Shown one piece after another: positions 56,000 to 64,000 of a stretch of DNA of 64,000 bases. The first letter of the stretch is position 1. Each line of letters begins with the position of its first letter. The translations under genes and the position numbers were made by a program. The DNA is from Vicugna vicugna (taxonomy: Eukaryota), in the NCBI GenBank assembly GCA_013265495.1, contig MU057847.1, positions 201,875-265,874 on the forward strand. The letters run 5' to 3'. Below the pieces are notes generated by a model, which saw only the letters and a list, made by a program, of their open reading frames with translations, was not told the DNA's origin and ran no database searches.

Positions 56000-56120
56000 C
56001 TAATAACTGTCTTGTCTCAGCAAAGTGTTATATAAAACGGCACCACGTGACGCGCCGCCACGCCGCTCATTGGCCAGCGGCGGGGCGATTGTTACAAAAC
56101 CAGACAGTTTTGTAACAGTG
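56000..56120 (-). promoter_or_regulatory. LONRF3 core promoter (TATA-like, E-box, CCAAT, GC box, inverted D-box-like pair)
   Basis: TATATAA on minus 56028-56034; CACGTG 56044-56049; CCAAT on minus 56069-56073; GC-box-like GGCGGGGCG around 56079-56087; inverted repeat 56090-56117; Inr-like CAGTT near 56008. Confidence 0.7.
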
Positions 56121-58238
56121 TTGCGCTTGCTTCTTTTGGCTTCGCTTTTCTTGGCTTCTTTTTGAGGTTGTTTGTGTTTACACTCTGCCTTATTTGCCCC
56201 TCGCAATGTGGTTCCTTTTTGGAAGAGGGAGAGAGAAGAAAAAAAACACCCAGTCTTCTCTTGGGCTTCTCCGTCTCCAAACCCTATTCCAGCCTACCTC
56301 CAAACCCGCCAGCAGTTTGCTAACAGGTCCCCTCTGCCAGCCGCTCGCTAGCTGCCCCCTTCCCTCTCCCCGCCCCAAGAGGCCGGCACCTCGAGGCGCG
56401 CAGTCCGCTAGGTCTTTGGGGACGTCAGAGGCTCGCCCTCCCGGGGCGACGGCGGCTGTCTTCGAAGGGAAGCGGGCTGGTAGGGTCCCAGGGAAGCCCC
56501 CAACCCCGGTCCCGGTCCCGGCTCCTCACACACGGAGTCCCTGACCACCTTCCCCAGGGAGTCCCCCAAAGGTAGTGAGCGCGGTCATCCAAGGGCTCTT
56601 GGTCTCCCGTGCCCTGAGCGACTCAGAGCAGCGGGCCCGCCGGGCTCAGCAGTTGGGCGGCGCTCGCTGAGCAGAGAGGGACGAGCGCAGAAGATGCGCT
56701 CGCCGGCTCGGGCCCGGAGGAGGCGCCCTGCGCGCCCGGCTTCCTCACCTCTTTCTCCTCCAATTCTGGAGCCTGCACTGGGGCGGCGGCCGGCGCCCCA
56801 CCAGAGACGCACCCGGCCCTGGGGGCCACTGACCGATGGGCGCGGCCGCGAGAACAAGGCCTGCTGGGGTCAGTGGGCACTCCCGGGGCGTGAGAGAACG
56901 GCGGGCGGAAGACAGGAACCCAGCGCGCCGCCGGGGAGAACGTCCGCGGGCCCCGGAGCACTCGAGCCGCCGGCCCAGCTGTTTCCAGGTTCGCAGGTCC
57001 AGAGTGGAGTTCCGACCCTGGTGTGTCACAGTGGAGGGCTTCGCAAGAGCCGCGGTAATGGCTAGGGGCCTCGAGGGTGCCTCGCTTATTTCCAGTGGGA
57101 AGGCCAATGGGAGCCGCCCACACTATGTCTCCCTCCCACCCTGACACTTTGGAAGGGAACCACACGCACAAATAAGCAGACAAGCTTAGAGACCTAAAGG
57201 AATAACACATTTCCCCCAGGGTCGCGCTGCTCTGAGCAGGGAGGTGGGGTCTGGGCTTGCCTCTGGCTCAGTGGGCTTCCAGAGTTGGTGGGCTCTGCGT
57301 AGCACCTGGAGCTGTGCCCAGGGCAGGGGACCTACAATGGGCTCCTACTGTGGCCATTTCTTAGGTGAGTGACCTTTGACAAGTGATTAAACTCTGGGAG
57401 CCATCGTCTTGGCTTCTGAACCAGTGTCAAGAATGACAAATTATGTTTCAGAGCTGGGAACCACAGGCTCGCTCTCGGCTGTGTGTGTCCCTTTAGGTTG
57501 TTAATCCCCCTTGAGTCAGCGCCAAGGTCCCAGAGAACAAGTACTGTGCAGCCATCCCTAGAGCCTCCCTCTGAGGTACGATATGGGGAGAGGGTCAGAG
57601 GGGGGAAGGGACAAAGGCACGTAGGGGAAAGAGACAAAGAAAAGAAACAGAGGAACTCAGGACGTAGCCAGGAAGGCACAAATAGGAAGACTTGACTTGC
57701 AGCTCTGGCTTTGTCACAACTTACTGTGAGACTTTGGGCAAGCCCTCTCACAAGATCTTTGTTTGACAAGGTCTTCGTCCTGATGCCCAAGGTTCTCTCC
57801 AGCTCAAACCTTGAGTGGCTTCTATCCTAAGACTAGACGTCATGATACCCAGCTCAGTTACTGAAGTATAAAAGACTAGCCCAGATGCTGTGGGAGGTGG
57901 TGGCTTGGACAAGGGGGTGAAGTCAGCAGTAGTTGTGGAAGGGCAAGGGTAGCTGGGTGGCAGTCCTCTTCATCAGGGGCAGGCCCTGAGCTAGATTTTG
58001 AAGCTAGGGAAGTCAGGAGACCAGCCAAGAGGTGGAGGAGAGGGCTATGCCAGGCATTTAGGGAGAAGCCGGGGCTCCTGCTGACTTGCTAAGAACAGAT
58101 TAGATCTTTAGCTTTTTAAACTTATCAAAGGAATAAAGCCCACTACAAAATAAGAATTAACAGATTGCGGTAATCTAATCATAAAGGACAGGCAAGTGTG
58201 CTTACACATATTTGTGGTTAATTCTTAAATGTATTTTC

Positions 58239-58379
58239 TTTTTTAATTTTTAATTTTTTGGTGGGGGGAGGTAATTAGGTTTATTTGTTTATTTATTATT
58301 TAGAGGAGGTACTGGGGACTAAACCCAGGACCTCATGCATGCTAAGCATGCGCCCTACTGCTTGAGCTATACCCTCCCC
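58239..58379 (-). mobile_element. tRNA-Ala-derived SINE (camelid Vic-1-like), second copy
   Basis: Reverse complement reads GGGGAGGGTATAGCTCAAGCAGTAGGGCGCATGCTTAGCATGCATGAGGTCCTGGGTTTAGTCCCCAGTACCTCC...AAACCTAATTACCTCCCCCC...A-rich tail; same family as 6408-6537. Confidence 0.9.
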
Positions 58380-61048
58380 TCTACATTGCATTTTCAAATC
58401 AGGAATGCCTGTAGGATAACACCAAATGGGTTTCTATTAAATACTGGAAAATACGACCACAGTACTTTTCTTTCCTTCTTTATTTAAACAAACATTACAT
58501 TGATATTCATTTGTGGACCAACTCATAAATCTACTTAAAACTTCTTCCCCTCTGCCCTTCATAATTGAAGCTCCCTAGAAGGCGGGGAGAGGAGAAATTG
58601 ATGGCACTTTTTCAGATGCACATATTCCCTTTCGAGGGCCAACCAGGCTTTTCAAACCTCCATTTATTTTGCTAGTATCTCCTCCTGGCTAAGATTAACC
58701 AGGAAAAAGAGCAAGAGTTGATCTGCCCCTCCTTTCCAAATGACTACAGCAAGTTTTCTAACTGGGCTCTGAGGAAGCTCTCTGGGGCCCAGAGGAGACA
58801 GCAGGCAGGGCTCAACTCCAACTCCTCTCAACCAGGGCAACCTTGCATCCACCTGTTTCATGTAGTGAGCTCTGGGGTATGATTTCATTGAAGAAAGTCT
58901 TTCTCGTCCTTAAAATAAAGTTTGAAAACTGTGGCGATTTTCATCTCTTTTAACATATTTGTTAAGCATCTTCTACGTACTGTTCCAGGTACTGGAGATA
59001 GCTCAAAGCAGCATTTGGCTCCCAGGTCCTCCCTTCCATATGGTAGCACCTTTTCCACACACATTCTTGTCCTGGCCTCCCAGGTCGACTAGAGGGCAAG
59101 GACTAGTGTTTTAAGTCTTTTGTCTCCTCAGGGACAGTATTTGAACAGATCGTACTGAACATTGCAGTGGACATTCTGGCCCTAGATGGGATTGTGCAGA
59201 GGGACAAGAGTAAATCCAGCTGGAATATGTCAAACCTTTGCCCTGGGTCATTCACAGAGAGAGTGGGCATGCAGATAATTAAGTGCTGACAATCCTTTAC
59301 TTGGGAAGGGCTAGTAACAGCTCTGGCGTGGAAGAATCCAGTCAAAGCCAGGGAGCCAAGGTGAGGAATCAGCGACCTTCCCGGCCCCCAGCCACTCACA
59401 GGCTATTCATGGCTGCTTGGTCAAAGCATTTACTGGTTCTTTAATTGAGTTTTTCATTTTATAAACTGGGGGTGACCCATCAATTATGCAGTCCTTATAG
59501 GAAAAATGTGAGGCAGGGTGGGCATTAAAGACATTGACATGAAAGAAGCTGCTTTGGCTATCTAGAGTAGCCAAAATCCAGAGCTAAAAGAAACTTCACA
59601 GATCAGCCCTGGTTTCACAAATGAGGGAATTGAGGGCTAGAGAAGGCAAGCGACTTGCTGCAGGTCACAATGGGAGTTTGTGACACAGCCAAGATTGGAA
59701 GCTAGGGCTCTTGCCTCTTTGTTTAAAGTTCTTTCCATGTGGCCAGAAAGCTTCCAAAGGACACGGAATGTCTCCCCCCACAATAAGAAATTATTTCAGA
59801 TTTCCAAATCAGAAGAGTTGCAATTCAACACGTATTTATTGAACAGGTACTAGGTGCTAATGGAGCTGGTGTTTGTGGGGCAATAAGAGAAGGATATGAT
59901 ACAGTTTTTAATCTTCCAGTAGCTAACTGAGAAGACAAGAGGCAAAGATTTGAAACAGTTAAGTAAAAATAACAAGCAGTATGTGAGAAGTGCCAAAATT
60001 GGGGGAACAGTGAGTCCAAGGGAGAGCTCAAAGGAGACAGACTGCAATGCTTCCCATCTCGTGGCAAAGGTACCTTTAAGTTGGGTTGGAGAGGATTTAA
60101 ATAGAAAAATTAAAGACCACCCTGCTGCTCAACTCAAGGGGGTTCCCTTCAAACTGGGGGCCATGTGGTCAGGAGGCAGGAAGAGAAATCCAAGTAAGCC
60201 AGGTTGGTCAAGGCCCAGGAATTTGTATTTTTAAAGGCCACCCATGTGATTATTATGCTCAGCCAGGTTTGAAGTTCACCCGTGTAAAGGAGAATGCAAA
60301 ACAGATTGGAGAAGGACACCCTGATCCTCTCCCTAGCTCATCCTCAGTTTCTCTGGGGGAGGAGGGTACCAATAATTCTTGTCCACATTTTACTGAAGGG
60401 AAAACTGAGGGTCCAGAGCCTTTCAATGGTGTGCTCAAGGTCATTCACTAAGTAGTGGGGGCTTGGTTTCCTGCCAGCCAGCAGAAACGGAAAGATCACA
60501 ATATACCATCCCAAGGAAGATTTTGCTTCATTTCTCTGCAAGACAAGCCAGACCCGCTTGGCTAGCCAGAGTTTGTTGCCCAGAGTACAGAAAGGAGCAT
60601 GTCTCTGGAGCTGCCAGGTGTATGGGACAGCGCCCAGGCGAGGTTAGTCGCTGGGAGCTCAGAGTTCTAACTTTGCTGTGTGACTCAGCCCAAGCCACTT
60701 CCCCTCTCTCTTTGTCTGTCCTTCACCTATTAATAACGATGCCCAACGTCACTGTTGGGAGAGCTACCAGTGATGGAAAGTGCACAGCGCAGTTAGTCCC
60801 GATGTGATTCCTGGGAACAGAAGGGATCTGCAGCCATCTGCCGACTGTTGGGAGTGAAATGTGTGCCGGCTGCCTGTGGAGCAGAGGCACTTTCTTCCCA
60901 GGAGGAGAGCGAGCAAACTGGGGGCAGTCTGGTCTTAGGAGGAAAAAGAAAAAAAAAAGCAGGTTATCTGGAGGGAAGGCAAAAAACATTCATCAGAAGG
61001 AAATGTTCTGAAGACTTCGGCAGGACTGAGAAATAGTTAAAATCAACC

Positions 61049-62045
61049 TTTTTTTATAAATTCTGGCAAAATATACATGATGTAGAATTTACCATTTTAG
61101 CCATTTTAGGTATACAGTTTAGAGGTATTAGGCACATTCACATTATTATGCAACCATTACCACATCCATCTCCAGATTTTTCGGTTTTTCATCTTGCAAA
61201 ACCGAAACTCTGTCTCCATTAAACACCAGCTCTCCATTCTCTACTCCATCCAGCCCTGGCAATCATTGTTCTTTCTCTCTGAATTTGACAACCCCCAGTA
61301 TCTCAAATAAGTGGAATCATACAGTATTTGTCCTTTCATGACTGGCTTATTTCACTTAGTATAATAACCTCAGTGTTCATTCATGTTGTAGTGTGTGTCA
61401 GAATTTTCTTCCTTTTAAAGGCCAAATAATATTCCATTATATGGACATATATTTTGCTTATCCATTCATCCATCAGTGGACACTTGGATTGCTTCCACAT
61501 TTTGGCTATTGTAAATAACACTGCTATAAACATGAGTATACAAATATCTCTTCCAGACTCTGCTTTCATGTCTTTTGGATATATACCCAGAAGTAGAATT
61601 GCTGGATGCATGGTAATTCTATTTTTAATTTTTTTGAGGAACCACCATACTGTTTACCACAGCAGCTGCATGATTTTACATTCCTACCAGCAATGTATAA
61701 GGGTTCTAATTTCTCCATATCCTCACCAACACTTGTTATTTTCTGTTGTTTTCTTTTTATGATAGCCATGCTAATGGGTGAGAAGTGACATATCATTGTG
61801 GTTTTGATTTGCATTTCCCTAATGATTAGTGATTTGACCATCTTTCATGTGCTTACTGGTCATTTGTATATCTTCTTTGGAGAAATGTCTATTAAGTCCT
61901 TTGCCCATTTTTAAATCAGGTTTTTTGTTGTTTTCTTGTTGAGTTTTAAGAGTTCTCTATATATGCTTGTTATTAATCCCCTATCAGATATTTGATTTGC
62001 AAATATTTTCGCCCATTCTGTGGGTTGCTGTTCACTCTGCTGATC
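61049..62045 (-). mobile_element. 5'-truncated L1 (L1MA/MB-like) ORF2 C-terminus and 3' UTR
   Basis: Broken ORF2 peptides ([12 protein letters not shown]..., [11 protein letters not shown]...[15 protein letters not shown]) and a typical 3' end with a T-run at 61049-61056. Confidence 0.9.
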
Positions 62046-62099
62046 CTGAATCACTCTGTTGATCACTCTGTTGATCCTGATCTAAAGGCTTTGGCAGAA

Positions 62100-62360
62100 C
62101 TGAGAGATGGTTATAATCAGGGTTTGGATCATTAACTTTAAAGTATGTGGATTCAAAAATCTAGATATTTGATATTGGGCATGCTACTTAACCTCTTTGA
62201 GCCTGCCTTACTTTTTTCATCTGAAAAATGGGGATAATGCTTATAATAGAATCTAGCTTGTAAGATCACTCTATTGAAGAGTAAATCAGATCACACATCT
62301 AAAATCCCAGCACAGAATCTAGCCCAGATGAAACATTCAGTAAGTGGTAGCCCTTTTTAG
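62100..62360 (+). mobile_element. MIR remnant
   Basis: CTACTTAACCTCTTTGAGCC...TCATCTGAAAAATGGGGATAAT core. Confidence 0.7.
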
Positions 62361-62529
62361 TATTGGACATAAGAAGGAATCAGAATGATGTAATTGAAAT
62401 GTGACATTCATTATTATCAAATGGGAGTGTAGGACAACAATGTTAAATAACCAACCTGAACACAGTAATATTACATAATACTCATGGACCTTGGCATAGC
62501 AAGTTGCAGTTTACAAAGCATTTGAACAC

Positions 62530-63230
62530 ATATCATTCATTCAACAGGCTCTGCTGGAAACAATGAGGACACAGTCCTGCAGAACTGAGTGGAAGAAACC
62601 ATCAAGGGAAAAGGCAGCTTCAATCAGAGTGATAAGTGCTAAGAAGACAGAAGCATGGGGTGCTTGGGGCACACAGAGGAGGAGCAACTCGGACAAGGGG
62701 CAGGAGGATTTCCCAGGTGGGTGGTATGGACACGGAATTCTGCAAGACTACAGGGTTGGGGGAAGAAAGTGGTGCTGGAAGAGGCTGAATGTCTTAGCTA
62801 GAGGAAAAACCTACTGCAAAGGCTGGAACTCTCTCTCACCTCCAATGAGGCTGGCTCACTGGGGAATGGCTACCAGTTTATTATGTCTGGAGCCTGGAAC
62901 TTAAGAGAGAGGAGAAGTGTGACTTAAGCCTGGAGAGGCAGGCAGGTGCCAGACCATGAAGGGCCTTGTAGACCAGAGCAAGGACTTTGGATCCTCTCCT
63001 GAGAGTAATAAGAAGCTATTGAAGGCTTGTAAGCAGATTCGTGATGTAACCAGCTTTGCCTTTTAGAAAGATCTCTGACTGCACTGCATAGAATGGAACG
63101 AAAAGGACACAGCCTGGGGAAGACCAGGTAGAAAGATGAACTAAAGAAGGAACAGTGAGGACAGAGAGAAGTGGAGGGTTCAAGAGACATTTAGGATAAA
63201 ATGGATGACCTCAGTTGACTGGAAATAACT
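62530..63230 (-). mobile_element. L2 remnant
   Basis: CATTCATTCAACA start; CAGACCATGAAGGGCCTTGTAGACCA...GGACTTTGG...TTTTAGAAAGATCTCTGACTGCA. Confidence 0.75.
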
Positions 63231-64000
63231 CAGGTATTAGCATCATTCCTTCATTTGAGATGGGCAACAGAGGCTGAGGAGGGTTCAATGATTTGTACAA
63301 GGTCCCAGAGTTGGAAAGAATCCAATCAGGACTCTCTTGTCTTTCCATCCTGACATCTCCTGTTCACTCCTCCAGAATATGCTGTCAGATGAGTTCCTAG
63401 ATCTTTTTGTGTAAATCCCCTTTCAGGGACTCAAGTTTTGTTTCCCCACTGACTGTTTTGCAGCATATAATCACTTCAGAGGCACTTGATCTCTGTTTTT
63501 AATTGGTTGTCAATATCCTGAGGCTTTGCACCTTTGAGCTTCAAGACATTATTTTCCTTCCGTTCTACTTAGGGTTTAAACAGCAGCCTGGAAGCAAACC
63601 CTTCCATCCCAGGGAGGCTCAAATGAACAGTCCAGGGCTCAGAAAGAGTGAGCCCAAGTCATAGGCTTGACCACTAATTAGCTGTGGGATAGAATGAGTC
63701 TACAAACTCCTAGGTGAAAACGCAGAGGAAGAGAACAAATGAATGCATTCTTCACTTGGATTCAACAACTTTAGAATCTCTTAAAATAAGTATACCTTCA
63801 AGCTGTCAATAACGACTCTCCCATGAATCTGTTTGGCAAAGTGGGTTTCAGACCCCATAAGATGCTCATAGATGTTAGGGATTTCCCTGAAAGTCGACTG
63901 CTTGCTCACCAGGGAGTATGTCCCTGCTCTGTAGTTGCTGAGCACCGTTATCAGACTTAAACTGTCAACCAATATGCTTGGGTATATTTGGTTTTCTGTC

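Noticed and set aside
61381..61841. Overlapping ORFs of 60-102 aa
   Set aside because: Frameshifted L1 ORF2 C-terminal fragments and their antisense.

Overview
Mammalian genomic DNA, probably camelid, judged from two tRNA-Ala-derived SINEs of the Vic-1 type. The window holds one complete protein-coding gene on the minus strand: LONRF3 (LON peptidase N-terminal domain and RING finger 3; X-linked in other mammals). I traced 11 coding exons by hand from the ATG at 55841 to the TAG at 23685. All have GT-AG boundaries and matching phases, giving 2184 nt or 727 aa (RING - TPR-like - RING - Lon substrate-binding domain). The gene has a CpG-island promoter and a probable 3' UTR of about 4.4 kb. The rest is intronic and intergenic DNA with L1, L2, MIR, MLT LTR, Tigger/hAT and SINE remnants and microsatellites; repeat boundaries and subfamilies are by eye and approximate. 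I found no prokaryotic-type system and no clearly new gene family. The most interesting signals are: a 156-nt frame-preserving candidate extra exon in intron 3; a 35-codon strong-Kozak uORF in front of a weak-context main ATG; a compact promoter with an E-box and a perfect inverted pair of D-box-like sites; overlapping miRNA seed sites and microsatellite-derived Pumilio elements in the 3' UTR; and several unusual retrotransposition footprints.
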